A DNA stretch of 64,000 bases from Lama glama (taxonomy: Eukaryota): the NCBI GenBank assembly GCA_028534125.1, contig CM052817.1:89902001-89966000 (forward strand), in the 5' to 3' direction. The notes beneath the pieces were generated by a model. The model saw nothing but the letters and a program-made list of their open reading frames with translations. It was not told the DNA's origin and did not search any database. Every line of letters starts with the position of its first letter. Positions within the stretch are counted from its first letter, which is position 1. Positions 13,104-27,491 of this stretch are shown in pieces. Position numbers and translations under genes: made by a program.

Positions 13104-14704
13104 AATTCTTAATCTTGTTTTTTATGCCCTTGAATAATAGAAGCTTACTTATTTAAAAATCGGATAGAAAACTCTAATATCTCAGGCCTCTGGTTTTAAT
13201 TTCTGTTGTTTTTGCTGGTTCTCCTCATATTTTCTTCCTTTTTTTCTGTATCTGGCTGTTTTGCATAGTGTGCCAGGATTTCTATTTGAAAGTTTGTTAA
13301 AATATTTCAGGACTAGGATAATTCCATCTTCCTCTAGAAAAGATTGCTTTTGCTGATATTTGAGTAGTAGAAATCTTGGATCACCCTTCTTCAATTTTAA
13401 GGTAGAGATTCTAACCATCTCAAACCAAAGTATAAAGAATTTCCATACCAATCTTCTCCCTTCCCCTGCTTGGTATGCCCTAATCTTCAACTTGGTCACA
13501 TTAAGCCTGAGATGCTTCCAGAATTGCCACTTAGTCTTTCAGCTTCTTGTCTGTTTCTTCTGGTGTCAGCTAATACTTCCAGGTGAAAAGTGCCTCCAGA
13601 TAAATGGTTGTATCTAATTTCTCTTGATTATTTCTTTTCCATGATTTCCATCAGATAATTCCTCTTTTGTTTATTGGATCCCCAGTGCTTTGAAGAAAAA
13701 TAAAAAATATAAATATTTTCAAGATTTTCTGTTTGCCTAATGAGAAACACTGACTTAGATTTATAAGACCACCATTACTGGAAGTAAAGAAACTCCACTC
13801 TGGTCTTTTTTTTTTTCCGGTGGCAGTGGGGGGTCATTAACAACAATAAAAAAAATCCGTCCTCACTGAGATGATCTGTTCTTCCTAGTGGAATATTAAA
13901 TTTCTTAAAAGCTAAAACATTCTCGAGGTAAACTTACCGTTTTAAAAAAATAATCAATGCTAAACTTAATAAAAGAGCAGTATTTACTCATAATCATCAC
14001 TTTCCTATGAAACATTTACTTTCTCAGCTGTTATGATATTGGTTTTGATCTGTATACATTCAATGAGTACCTAACATTTAGCCACTCTACAAAAAATTGA
14101 TCTCTTGTAGTTAACTGAATTTCTTCACCTAATTGGTAATTCAAAACCCATTAAAAACATGAAGCTCCGGTAAAACTTGCTCATTCTTACATTTTGATTT
14201 ATCTGCAGTTGTGACCCTTTGGGTAACTCTTTTGAATTTAATTTGAAGTAATTATCCTTTGTTTAATCTTCTTACTTCCTTAATTCCTTTTCTCTTGCTG
14301 TGTTTTCTAAAGCTTTATTTATGGCCCCATTATGTGTTTTCCCTTGTAGTTTTGAAGTACAAAATTAATACTAGTTGATTTTGGAAGAAGTCTGATTCCC
14401 CCCAAAATGCCCTGCAGAACATTGTTTTTTAGAAAAATGCCTGCATAGCACTCTTTAGCTAGGCCTCTCTGACAGGAGCCATTTGTTTACATTTGTTTTC
14501 TGCAATAATCAAGACTTTTGAGTGTTCTGTTGTAATGGAGAAAAAAATCCTTTAGATCCCTTTTTGGAGGTGACAGTTACTTTCTGATTGGATTCTAAGC
14601 TGAAAATAAATTTGTCACATTTTCTTCATTACCTCCTTCCAGAAAGAGAAGAAAACAGCCTAAGTACCATTATTAGTCATTTAATGCTCAGTACTATATA
14701 GATC

Positions 14705-15309
14705 TGAAGTGGGAGGAAAAGGGGGCAGGGCACAACTATTGAAGGAATGACACAGCAGTTGAGGACAGGACAAACTGATTAGAACCAAGATGGTGGAATA
14801 TTCGACTTCCAGTAGACCTTGAGCCTCAATGGCGCACCCACAGTGCCATGACAGTTCCCTGGCTGACCATAAAAGTTCAAAGAATGGGCGGGGGGGTTGT
14901 TTTCCGGAAATCTTGGCCCCTTCCCCAGAGTAGTTGGAATAATCCTCCTACTCATTAGTATATGAAATTACCAAGCCCATAAAACCTAACAGCTCTGCAC
15001 CTCGTGGTTGCTGTTGCTCTGTCACTCTCTCTCTTGCTTTCTGAGATGGCCTGCACTCTGTCTGTGGAGTGTGTATCTACTTTTACTTTAAACACGCCAC
15101 ACCTCTCAGCTCCTCTCCCTCTTACCTTTCTGAGATGGCCCACATTCTGCCTATGGAGCGTGCATCTCCTAAGCCATTTTCCCTTCCGAGTGAGACAGAC
15201 CGCACTCTGTCAATGGGGTGGGTATCTCTAAATAAATGTGCTTTCACTTTACCATGCCTTACTCTTGAGTTCTTTCCTGCGTGAGGCAAGAACCTAATCT
15301 CCCACAACA
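14705..15309 (+). mobile_element. ERV1-class solo LTR with perfect 4-bp TSD
   Basis: TG...CA termini; GATC at 14701-14704 and 15310-15313; AATAAA ~15231; three internal ~42-nt repeats. Confidence 0.9.
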
Positions 15310-15649
15310 GATCTATGATTTCCAGATCTAACTGATTCTTAGAATATTTTTTTAAGAATACAGAACCCCATGATGATACACCCTACACTTATTGAATCAG
15401 AACTCCTGAGGATAGAACCTAGCAACTTTCTGTTGTCATTTGATTTGTTTGCCCTTTGACCTCATTTGAAAACTGTGATAATCAGCCAGGACTGGGATCT
15501 GCTGCAATAGATTGCTTATACCTCTCAAATAAAATCTACCCAAAACACTTACCACTTTAATTTTTACTTATCACTTGTCACATCCTGATATGTATATTTA
15601 AATCCATGTCTTTACTAATTATTTTACAATTCCTAACCACCTAGGAATG

Positions 15650-16200
15650 AAATACCAGACCTATAATTGACTTTTTTCTCCTCTTTCATCATTGACTTTT
15701 TCTTTCCTGCTTCTGCCTCTCCAATTTTTATCTAGTCTCCAAAACATACTGATTTTATTTCTACAATATTTCTCTCATCTGTTTTCTCTTCTACATTTCC
15801 AGTGTAACTACTCTTATTCAAGTCCCATTTCTCTCGCTAAGACTTTTTAAAAAGCCTGCTCTCCCTGACTCGAAGATCAACACCACATAATCCATCCTAC
15901 CTCCTAATCTCAAAAACCATAGCTTGACCTCAGCGTGACTTTTTCAAATGTTTTAATAGCTTTTCATTTTCTACAATGTAAAGTGATTATTCATAGGCTG
16001 ACATTCAATACCTATTACTACCTGGTCACTATATGTACCATTTTAACTTTGTCTCTGTTTTTCTCCTTTATGAATCTACGTGTTTGTCTATCTATTCCCC
16101 CAAACCTACTATGTACTTTTTAGCTTTTATGTATTTGCTTTCATGTGATTTGGTATCCTTTTCATCTGATTTGGCCTTCTTTCTTCTAATATTAGTTCTA
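15650..16200 (+). mobile_element. Degenerate L2 fragment
   Basis: Pyrimidine-rich L2-like 3' region. Confidence 0.45.
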
Positions 16201-16444
16201 GTATTATTGTTCTATATTATTTATATGTTTTAATTAAAACTTTATTGTGGTATAATTGACATAAAATAAATTGTACATGTATAAATCATGCATTTATAAG
16301 TTTTGACCTATGCATATACTGATTAAACCATCACCATCACTTCCAAAGTTTAAGTCAGTCCTCTTTCTCTTACTCCCCTGTCTCCCCTCCCATATTTATG
16401 ATATATAACTAGAATGATACAGTGTATACTCCTTTTTGTCTACA

Positions 16445-17118
16445 TTTTCTTTTTTTTATTGAAGTATAGTCAGTTTACAATGTTATTTAATATCTGGTGT
16501 ACAGCATAGTGATTCAGTTATACATATGTAAATATTTTGTATTCTTTTCCATTATTGGCTATTGCAATATATTGAATATAGTTCCCTGTGCTATACAGTA
16601 AGACCTTGTTTATTTTATATATAGTAGTTAGTATCTTCAAATCTCAAACTCCCAATTTATCCCTTCACCCCCTTCTTTACCCCCTGGTAACCATAAGTTT
16701 GTTTTCTATATCCGTGAGTCTGTGTCTGTTTTGTAAATAAGTTAATTTGTGTCATTTTTTTTAGATTCCACATATAAGTGATATTGTATGATATCTGTCT
16801 TTCTCTTTCTGGCTTACTTCACTTAGTATGACAATCTCCAGATCCATCCATGTTGCTGCAAATGGCATCATTTTTATTTTTTTTTATGGCTGAGTGGTAT
16901 TCCATTATAGATATACACCACAACTTCTTTATCCAGTCATCTGTCAATGGACATTTAGGTTGCTTCCACATCTTGGCTATTATAAATAGAGCTGCTATGA
17001 ACATTGGGGTGCATGTATCTTTTCAAATTAGAGTTTCCTCTGAATGTATACCCAGGAGTAGGATTGCTAGATCATATGGTAAGTCTATTTTTAATTTTTA
17101 AAAGAATCTCCATACAGT
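16445..17118 (-). mobile_element. L1 3' end
   Basis: Poly-T start; ORF 16819-17004 encodes the L1 ORF2 C-terminus (MFIAALFIIAKMWKQPKCP...WIKK). Confidence 0.9.
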
Positions 17119-20112
17119 ATTTCAAACTAAAGTTCAAATGTCATCTTCTTTTTAAAACTTTATTTTATTTCACATGATTACAGTGATCCACTTGTCTTCA
17201 CAATCTTATTTCTTATATTATAGATATTTTGCATGTAGTTTTTCTGCCTTCATTATTTGGAAGCTCACTGATAGTTGAAACTGTGAATTATTCAGCTTTC
17301 TTTGCTCTAGAATGCCTGGCACAATGCCATGCCCACAATGAGGGCCCAGTAATTTATGGAATAAATTGGTGGGTGCATGAATAGAAATAGCTATACTGAG
17401 AATCATAAAACAGCAGTAAAATGACTATCCAGGCATCACTAAAATTTGCTTACAATATTCTAATGGGATAAATTGAGAGTAATAGAGCAACAAACATATT
17501 AATATTATGTAAGAATTATTTCACTTTGATGAGATAAATAAGTGATTACCTCTGCCTGAACATATCATGACAGAGTATATAGAAAACTCTACTTAGTGAT
17601 TGTTTAAAATAAGCTTATTTCTATTGTAATATTTAGGTGAATGAATTCCAAATATAAAATATTACATAGACCTGGGCAAGATATTTTTTGTTTCTGTTTT
17701 TAAATAATTCTTATCTGGAAAAAAATAACTATTTTTAAGACTAGGTAGTAAATATTTATATACATTTCTGAAAGCAAATTACCCAGTACATTTGTGACAG
17801 TTTCAGGCAAAAATAGGCACTTATCTCTGCATTCATCATATAGACCACCAGTACTTCACGCTTCAAAGTAGTTGTCATTTACTGAGGAAAAACTTCCCTG
17901 TTATGGAGTTTGCTGTTACCTATCTTAGACTATGCTATACCTTTGTCTTTTAGAGGTGGTAATATATGCTATTTAAATACAAAAAAATTTTGGTCTGCAT
18001 ATCATCAAAATATGAAGACTTTATATTTATCAGCAGAGAGTAATTATTCTACAAGTGTTCTGCATTAGACCTTCAGATAATAGGGTATCTCTTCTAAAAA
18101 ATGCAATTCATTGTTTTTGGTTTAGAATTTAAGGACATATTTTTGAATATTAGTTTAAGTAAATAAATGACCTCTGAGGGTGTTAATAGAATTCCTGTTC
18201 AAGTAACTTGACCCAGATGATGAAAATCTTAAATTTTATCCTTGTTTCATTCCTTTCTGCTCATGCCTCTCTTACTAGACTCTTTCCTTGCTTTATAACT
18301 CTCCTTACTATCATTCCTCCTCAGGATGCCAGAAACTGCTAATGGACTATGCTTATTCTTTTTTGATCCATAGATGTTGTTTTTTTCCCTTGGTGTTGTT
18401 AGTTTATTCATTTGGTTTTGAAGCTATTATAATAGCCCTTAAAAGAAAAGCACTATTGATTTCTGTGAAAGGTCTGGCTTCTTCATCATGCTGTTAGTTA
18501 GTCCCCTCCATGTCACAAAATAAACTCACTCTGTGTGTGCTTTTTCTCCCTCCATTTAACAATGTTCCCAAAACTATAAAAAGAAGACATGTAATAAAGG
18601 CATCAGTCCTTAGGGAAAAAAAATAGAGTGTTGTGCTTTTATTTTTGTTCTCTCTGACATTCTACCTGCACGATATGCACTTACCTAGCATGCACTACAT
18701 GATTTTATAGGGTGATAGTTTTCATGTGCCTAGAAGCAAGTAAGAATTTAATCCACTGAAACTGGAAGAATAGGTAATTTTATTCATTTTTCTATAGGAG
18801 TCAAGAGCTAGAGATTTTTTTGTTTACAGGAGATAAAAATCTATCTCAAAATAGATTAAACACTATAAAAGGAAGTTAGTGGACTATACAGTGACACTCT
18901 AGGGTAGTCATGGCTTTAAGCAAGGTTGGATCCCAAGGCACAAAGGATACCATTAGGATTCTAGCTTCTTCCGTACTCTCTTTCTATGACTAGGCTTCCT
19001 TCAGAAATGTAGTTGTAGCTCACATCCTCTTTATGATTTGTGATCTTAGAATAACATTGCGGATATTTTCTGATAGTACCAGTAACCCAGGTGCAACTCT
19101 GACTGGCTCAGCAAAGGGAGCTAAGTCCCATGTTGACAGAATGGACAACATGATTGGCAGATTTACCAAATGGGAGAGGATGGTTCCAAGAATTAAATCA
19201 TTCAGGAAAGACAACAAGCATTTAATATTGACTATAGGTAGGTACCAATCAGCAACTTTAAAGGTGTAATAATAGCTACACATCTGAGGAATGAGTCACC
19301 AAAAATGGACCACCTGCTAACAAACTCTGAATACTCTAAAATAGAACAAAAGCCTTATTGGAAAGACTAAAGATATTGATAATTAGATTTTACCCAGAAG
19401 TGCTAATTTCTTTTCTTCAAGATGAAGCATCAACTTCCTTGCATAATAAGTCTATTTGACCAGGATATAGTTCACATTCTTTTCTTCTAATATTCCCCTC
19501 TCATTTGAGATACGACAGTGTTCACCTGTGTTTACTCTTGCATCTATAGTAATAGCTAACTGGAGAGACTTTATATATCTTTCCCATCTACCTTAACTAA
19601 TCTATCACTATCCTATCTTTTAAATATGTCTTGACATTATCACCACCCTCCCTGTAATGACACTAATTAAGACTGTCATTATAGAGTATCTCTGTTATTG
19701 AAATTATCTCAAAAGCATTCTCAATGCCTTCATAGTTTCCCTTCTTACATTTGGTCACAAGGGTGGGTACTAAAAAGTATATCTAAAGCATATCTAATCA
19801 AGGTAATGGCCTACCTTAAGTCCATAGATGGATAGATGTCTTCCTTTAACTCCATTGCAATAACTTTCCTGACCTATTGTCATCACACTCCAGTGATAGA
19901 GAAGTACTTGTATTTCCCTCAATATGCTATGGTATTAGGTGGCTCCATGCAGTGATTGCCCCAATGCAAACATAGGTAAGTAACACCTCTGCCTTCAGTT
20001 CTACTTTCCCATAAGTATTTCTATCACAGCATTTACACAGAGTAACTTATCTGTCTACATTCCTCACTTTCATTACCTATATTAGGCTTTATTTCTTGTA
20101 GGTGTAATCTAT

Positions 20113-20281
20113 GCCCTTGCTACTCAAAGTTGCATTCTATGGACCAGGAACATTGGGTTCAACCTAGGAGCTGTTTAGAAATGAAGAACTGTGTGCCTTA
20201 TCACAGGCTTAGTGAATCAGAATGTGGATTTTAACAAAATTTCAGGTGATTCAAATGCACTTTAAATTTTGAGGAACACTG
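20113..20281. mobile_element. MER5A-like hAT-Charlie MITE
   Basis: 'ctactcaaagt...tttagaaatg...tgaatcagaat...ttttaacaa...ggtgattc...tttgaggaacactg'. Confidence 0.75.
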
Positions 20282-20648
20282 ATTTTTGACATATTCCTTA
20301 TGTTTTAATGGCACATGTCTACCAAATAGGTACTTATACTTGATATATAGTAAATGACTTAACTATTTTAGATTTAATTGCATTGAAAGTAGTTTATTTG
20401 CATCATGATATTTTTTGAGCCTCAGTAAAAAAAACAAAAATACACTCTTCCTTGAGTGCTGAGCCTCCTAAGAAAATAAAGATCCTGGTATTATGTCATT
20501 GTCTCACTATGGCTTTGATATTTGGCTTCATCTCTTCTTCAAATCTCAGAAAATTTCTCTCTGTTTCCTCTAAGCTCACCAGTTAACCCTGAAAGAGAAA
20601 GTAGTGGTGAGGAAATATATTAATAAGAATTCAAGCTGAGGTGCAGCC

Positions 20649-21100
20649 TGTTGCAGGAGATTGATTGCATTATTGGCCTTCAGTTTTACAGCATTTGGTC
20701 ATGGCCTTCCATACTGACTCTGAGCTTGAGCACGTGATTGCTTTAGCTAATGGAACAGGGACACACTTGATGTGAGAAGAGCTTGTTCACTTCCATTTCC
20801 TTCCTCTTGCTTTTTGCCTTCATTATTAGGACAAGGAACAGAGCCCAGCAGGCATAGTTGTACCAGTAGAGGCCTAGACATTACAAAAGGCTCAGCCAAG
20901 ATCAGAAAAGCCAACTTGTAGCTGATGAACAGCTGACTACATACAGGAGTGATCCCATGATCCCAGTTTAGCTCAGCAGAACTGTCCAGCTGATACACAG
21001 AACCATGAACAAAAATATTTATCATAACACTGTTGCATGTCACAGAGGTTTTGTGGTTGGTTGTTTTGCACTATTACTGGGGCAAAAGATAACTGCTACA
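20649..21100 (+). mobile_element. MLT1 (H/J-like) MaLR LTR
   Basis: 3' end 'ttttgtggttggttgttttgcactattactggggcaaaagataactgctaca'. Confidence 0.65.
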
Positions 21101-21415
21101 GCAATAGAGAGCAGTTCAAGTCCACTCACTTTCCGCTGTAACTCATTCATAACTTGAATAATTTTATAGTTCTTAAACTTAAAAATGAACAGAAAGTGTT
21201 TTCTATACTTAAATACTTTAGATATCAGAAATCTTAATAATAGGAATAAAAAGGTAGTTTACAAATACAATCAAACTGCTCTCAAAAGGCTTTGAATATC
21301 TGTAGGAACTGGGTTAAGCATTTATATTTTCTTCTAGTTATACAATCCCTACCTCTGGGTTCAGAAATTCAAATAAGACTGTTTACCTAACTATTATGTA
21401 AGAGTTGCTGAAAAG

Positions 21416-21462
21416 TACACACACACACACACACATATATATATGTGTGTGTATATATATAT
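21416..21462. repeat. (CA)n/(TA)n/(TG)n compound microsatellite
   Basis: Directly visible. Confidence 0.9.
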
Positions 21463-23273
21463 AAAAACATAGATATAGCAAGAAATGTGTTAAACTAGGA
21501 AATGAGGCAGTTGTATGACTAGATACTTCTAAGAAAGAAAGGACAGGAGGAAGTTTTGTTATTTAAACATCTTTCTTTTTGGGGTCTCATGATTCTTAAT
21601 TGGGAAATCTATTCTTTGGATTATTCTTTTCCTAATCAATCCTTTATCTTTCAGATGGTTTGAATTATAATTACTAAAGAAAAAAATCAAAGATTTTTAT
21701 GAAATCTAGTAACAGTACTTGTTTCTTAATCATGCCTAAGCAACAAATAGCTGAAGTATTTACACAGTAATGATGGTACAATGAAAATTACTTTCAAATA
21801 AAATTATGAACTAATTCAGTCAAAGTATTTCAGTCAGCGGTTGGCCAAGGCCTGGAGATGGAAGGAGTGCAGTGGAGGCAGCAGCTGGGAGTGATCAGCC
21901 AACACTCACAGCAGCTGTGGAATGAGTTTATCACCAGTGAAGGTGATCTGGGTAGATCTGGGGGTTTCAATTTTCCTGATGATAAATCTGAATTTTTATT
22001 TCTGAATATTTTCCCACTCATTCTCCTTTTATGCAGTAATATATTCCTTGTTCTTGATGTTTTGCCTGCTTGTGACTCTTTTCCCTAGATATAAACCAAA
22101 GTATCATTCTTTGCCATCCACACTGCCTAGCTGAGATGCCATAAGAAGGAAATAAATGAGTCTCTGATTTTCAAGTAAAATTCTACCACAGTGCCTAGGA
22201 ATGACTGGTGATTTTTCTTCTATCATATTGTTAAGCCATAATTATACAGTAGCTTTTATCAGTTTCAGCTTGGCCTGAGTCTATTATTTACTCCAAATTT
22301 TTCTAAAATTACATTATAGCAACTATAATCTAATCAGTGAAGAGTGGAGGATAATTTTCTTCCTTAAACTAATGAAAGTTAAGTAAATTTTATTAATGTT
22401 GCTTATATATTTTTAATTATAGAACTACAAAATAAGTCCATTTATCTTTTAGATATTTTAATAGCCACTTTTGTAAAATAGAACAATTGTTTTGTTTTTC
22501 TTTAATTGAATCTTCTAGTACATCTGCAATAATAATTCAATGAAGAAATGTAAAAATACTTCTCACATTTTTTGTTTGCTCTACATCCCTATAAGCTAAA
22601 TATATGCTGCAAGAAACTTGCTAATATTGCAGAAGAACAACATAAAGTGGAGGTTGATTTACTTTCTCCCTTAAATGTGGTAACTATTTACTAAAGACTA
22701 TGGGTCTTATGTGTAAGAGATTAGAGTTTTAAGATTACATTAAGCAAAATCTAAAAGAAGCATAGCACTTACTAATGACAGTGACACCAATTTAGAATAT
22801 TACCTATTATAACTATATGAAGTTATTACTTATAAATTAACCCATTTTCATTTCAAGTCATATAGGCATGTTATTAAGAGATGTATTATTAGAACTGTAT
22901 AGAATTAAGCATTTCAGAAATGTTGTTTTGTTTCAATACAATGGTTTACTTCTATTGTCCAATTTTGAGAAAATTTCTAAAAGAAACAATATTTTATTTG
23001 CTATTTTTAGAAATTGAATACCCTTGACTGCTTTATCACATAATATCCACTTATATAATGTTCATCTAGTGTTTAGAAATCCCTAATATTCCTCCTACTT
23101 TAATAACTGAGGAAAACCATTACATTCCTTAGCCTAACCACAGAAGTTACAGAGAGTCATAGACAGACCAATAGTCTAACAGCATGAAAGTGACAGAATT
23201 CTCACCCAGTTGATTGCTCTGACTCTACTCAAGAATTTACCTATTTCATTATAAATTGTAAAATGCTGTATCA

Positions 23274-24067
23274 CACCAATCAGAATGGTCATCATTAAAA
23301 AGTCCACAAAAGATAAATACTGGACAGGGTGTGGAGAAAAGGGAACCCTTCTACACTGTTGGTGGGAATATAATTTGGTGCAGCCACTATGGAAAACAGT
23401 ATGGAGATTTCTTATAAAAAGTAAAAATAGAGTTACCTTATGATCCAGCATTCCCACTCCTGGGCATGTCTCTGGAGAAAACCCTAATTTGAAAAAAACA
23501 TATGCACCCCAGTGTTATTTACAATAGCCAAGACATGGAAACAACCTAAATGTCCATCGGTAGATGATTGGATAAAGAAGTTGTATATATCCACAATTGA
23601 ATACTACTCAGCCGTAAAGAAATATAAAATAATGTAATTTGCAGCAACATGGATGAACCTGAACATTGTCCTACTAAGTGAAGTCAAGTCAGACAGAGAA
23701 ATGAAAATATGATATCACTTAAATGTGGAATTTTTTTTTAATGACACAAATGAACTTATTTACAAAACAGAAATGGACTCAGAGATTGAAAACAAACTTG
23801 TGGTTACCAAAGGGGAAAGGTGTGGGGGGAGGGGCAGGATAAATTAGGAGTTTGGGATTATCAGATACAAACTACTATATATAAAATAGATAAACAACAA
23901 GGATCTACTGTGTAGTATTATACAATATCTTGTAATGTTCAGTATCCTGTAATAACCTATAATGGAAAATAATATGGAAAAGTATATATATATATATTCA
24001 ACTAAATCACTGTGTTGTACACCAGAAGCTAACACAACATTGTAAATCAACTATACTTCAATTTAAA
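23274..24067 (+). mobile_element. 5'-truncated L1 with 14-bp TSD
   Basis: ORF2 end and 3'UTR; TSD aaaatgctgtatca (23260-23273) / aaaatgctatatca (24068-24081). Confidence 0.9.
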
Positions 24068-25844
24068 AAAATGCTATATCAGCCAGGTGAGTTGAATAAT
24101 ACAACAATTATCTTCTGATACAAAGAAGACTGGCAATCTGTAGAAATTAGGGACAAGAGCCAACCATCCAAACAAAGCAAATACACAAACAAAAATAAAA
24201 CACACACAAAAATTAAGCTAAGTATTACAGTTAGTTTCTCAAAGTATTTTTCATTGAAAGAATCAATTTTCATCTATAAATTGTATTTTCATGTATCTCT
24301 TTGCTTAATATGCTGACATTGTCAAATTGTCTCCATATAATGAATATGAAGATAAATTGTATATGATTCCTGTTTTTTTCAAATCTTTATGCAACTATGG
24401 AAACTAAACAATGCATTTTAAAATATATCATTAATCTTGGTCCCAAATGAGTAACAGATAGCTAAATATAGAGACTATCAATACAATAATTTAAGATGTC
24501 ATTAATAAAAGTGTATTGGCTATTTTGTTCTAAGCATTGTTTCTACAGAATTTTCTTCATCTTGTATCTTTGTGTTTTGTAATTTCAGAAATCAACAAGG
24601 TAAATCTACAAAATAAAATGTTACTGTTTGATAGAAGTTAAATTTTGACTCCCCTAAATAAGGGTCATTTTGGAAGAAATGGCAAAAGTGTTAGTATGCT
24701 TGGATTAAGACTCAAGGTAATCTGCCCAGAGTTTAAAAAAAAAAAAAAAGGTGTTCATGGAATTTTCTTCATAACAAGAGAAACAGAATATAAAGTCCAA
24801 TGGGGCCTCCTGAGCCATTAAAAAAAAAAAACACATCAAGAGGTGAAAAATGAAGTTATTCTCACACCATTATTTTTGGCATAATATATAATATATATGC
24901 ATTAGTGGCAAAAATTGTTATACTTCTTTCAAGCATGAATACAAATTTATTCAATTAAAGTCCAATACTTGATTAGGTCAAAAGGAGAAGGATGAAAATA
25001 TTATCTTATGCCTTAAAGATAAACAATCAAGGAACTGATGAAACAGGAAAAGAAAAAGCTTTTAAAGGCCAACCACAGAACTCTCCCTGCCAATAATCCT
25101 CTATTATCCAAGCTGGGGATCATGAGTTAGAGTTGTCCTGCCAGTACAAAGATGAATTGTAGTTCAGGAATTCTATGCCAAGAAGTATCCAGAGCTGAAA
25201 TCAGAAATATCCCAGGAGGTTAAAAGAAGAACACTTTCAAAGGCTTTTCAGCAGAACAGCTGGTGTCATCAAATGGTCAGAGAAATCTTAGGCGGCACGG
25301 TTGCTGCGACTTTATTGTTGGGTTCACCTGCTTCAGGGCTGATGGGGTCTCTATCCTTAATGCTCCTTGTCTAGACTTAAATATTTTAAAAAGTATTCTA
25401 ACAATTCCTATCAAAATCTTAGATCTTCAAAAAGAGAGATACTTAAGTATTTTACCAGTTTGTCAAACATCATTCTACCATTATCTTTCAAAACATTTCA
25501 TAAAATGTTCTAGTTACTCAATTCTTTTATTTTGGAATTTTCTTTGTCTTCCAAATTTACGTTTTTTCAAAGAGGAGAAAATCATCAACTTAGGAATTTA
25601 TATTCTCTGTTGACTAGATTACCACACTGTGGGATCATGCAGTTTATTTACCCCATTCCACATCAGGTAGGTATGCAAAGGGGCCACCTGTGACCTGATA
25701 AATAGAATAATAGTAAAAATGTATTTGATCTAGAATGAACAAGTATAAATTTACAAGATGTATTCTTATATATCATTACAAAAACAAAATAATGCTGACA
25801 TGGAAATGATTTCTATGTTTAGCAGAGATAGATGGACTGGTCAT

Positions 25845-26300
25845 TCTAGTGGTTAAGAACTCTTGTGTCAGAGAATCCTAATTTTACACCCAATTCCTTA
25901 GTTAGTATTACCATGAGACCATGGACAAGTTAGTATCTCTAAGCTTTAAATTCCTAATTTAAAATTATGTTAATGATTGTGTCTGTCTCAGCGGATTGTT
26001 GAGAATATTAAATAAGTTCCTATGGGTTTAACACACAGCACAATGCCTGGTGTATTATAGTATCACCCAAAAAATAGACAATGCTTTATATCTATTATAT
26101 TTTATCATTTAGTGAGTGCCTATTATATTCCAAATAAAATATTTTATATTTTATTGACTTACTCCAAATCATTATAACATCCCTACAATTTGATACATTT
26201 AGCTCCATTATATAGATGTGGAACTTGAGGTTCAGAAAGAATTTTATTGCTCAAATTTATGCAGATACCAAGTAGTTTCATGACAATTGGACCTATATCT
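25845..26300. mobile_element. Two MIR fragments in opposite orientation (+ ~25845-26060, - ~26110-26300)
   Basis: 'tagtggttaagaac...ggacaagtta...gttgagaatattaaataag' and 'tatagatgtggaacttgaggttcagaaa'. Confidence 0.6.
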
Positions 26301-27491
26301 GCCTAATTATTTTTTGTTCCACATGTATAATTGGAAGCAAGAGTTCTGATAGTAAAATAAATCTCAGTTATATGTGACCTCAATTGAATGTGACCTTTTT
26401 AGACCTAGTGGGAACCTAGTTGTGGATCTGGTACCTACTAAAGGATTTTGGAAAGGACATCTGCCTCTCACGTCCAAATATTATTCCTATTTACCTGATA
26501 ATAAATTTCTCATCACAAAATGTGATTCCTCTAAGTTAAACACTTGTTTTACAAATTTGTTTCTCTTTTAAAATATACATATTCCCAGAGAAAGGAAAGA
26601 GCTATAACAAATTAAGAGATCCTCATGTCTGTATTTTTTGTTTCTTTAAGAATTTTTTCCTTGTTTTCATAGTTTCCAGGGAAGACTTAATGGCAATTCA
26701 AACCATACTGGGTGCCTAAAACAATGAAAGTGAGAATAACTTAGATCACTAAAGGTACATTTCTAGTTTTAAAATAATACTCAGTATCTGGCTTGTCTTT
26801 TGCAGAAATTTGGCATTACTCCGAATCCCTGTTGAGGCTCTACTCCTTGAATATGAAATATTTTAAATTTTGTCATAGAGTCAGCCACAAAACTCTTAGA
26901 CTCAGATTGCTGCAGCAACCTTGAAGTCAATGAATCCCACACACCTCAGAATAACTTTCTGTATAACTCTTTTTATAAAAGAAATATGACAGATGCTTTT
27001 AAAGAAAGTTCTGGTGGGCACGAGATTTATCATCTGAAGTAGTTATATCCCAAAGGATCATCTTATCTATCAAAATGTATGTTTAAATTCGTGGTGACAG
27101 ATGTAAAAACCCAGACTTTTAAATAAACAAACAAAAAAATACGTACATAGATTTTCTGAAAAGGCTGAGACAATAATAGTATTTATCCATTTCAAAATGG
27201 TTCCCAGATAATCAAAGTATAAATTCAAAAGTGAGATATTCACAGACAGATATTCTACTGAATATTTTTCCCTTTTTGTCATAAAATAATGACAAATTTT
27301 CATTTGGAAGTCATTACAATCATAATATTTCCAATAGAAATGGGGTTTTAAATAATATTCAGATGAAATCATAGTAAAATAAATAAACCAGGGAGGAAGT
27401 TTGCATCACTAAGAAATGGAAGCAGACTTTCAAAACTCCAGAAACTGTCAATGACAAGGGTAGGATTTCTACTAGTTTATGTGCTCAAAGC

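Noticed and set aside
15037..15227. Spaced direct repeats superficially like a CRISPR array
   Set aside because: Internal repeats of a mammalian LTR; no cas genes, eukaryotic context
24082..24092. CAG|GTGAGT donor right after an L1 TSD
   Set aside because: Isolated motif with no identifiable exon
24551..24722. Plus-strand acceptor at 24588 with donors after 24599 or 24716
   Set aside because: The 11-nt exon breaks frame, the 128-nt version has stops in all frames, and there is no supporting gene structure
25263..25613. 116-aa ORF
   Set aside because: GTG start, AT-driven composition, no recognisable family
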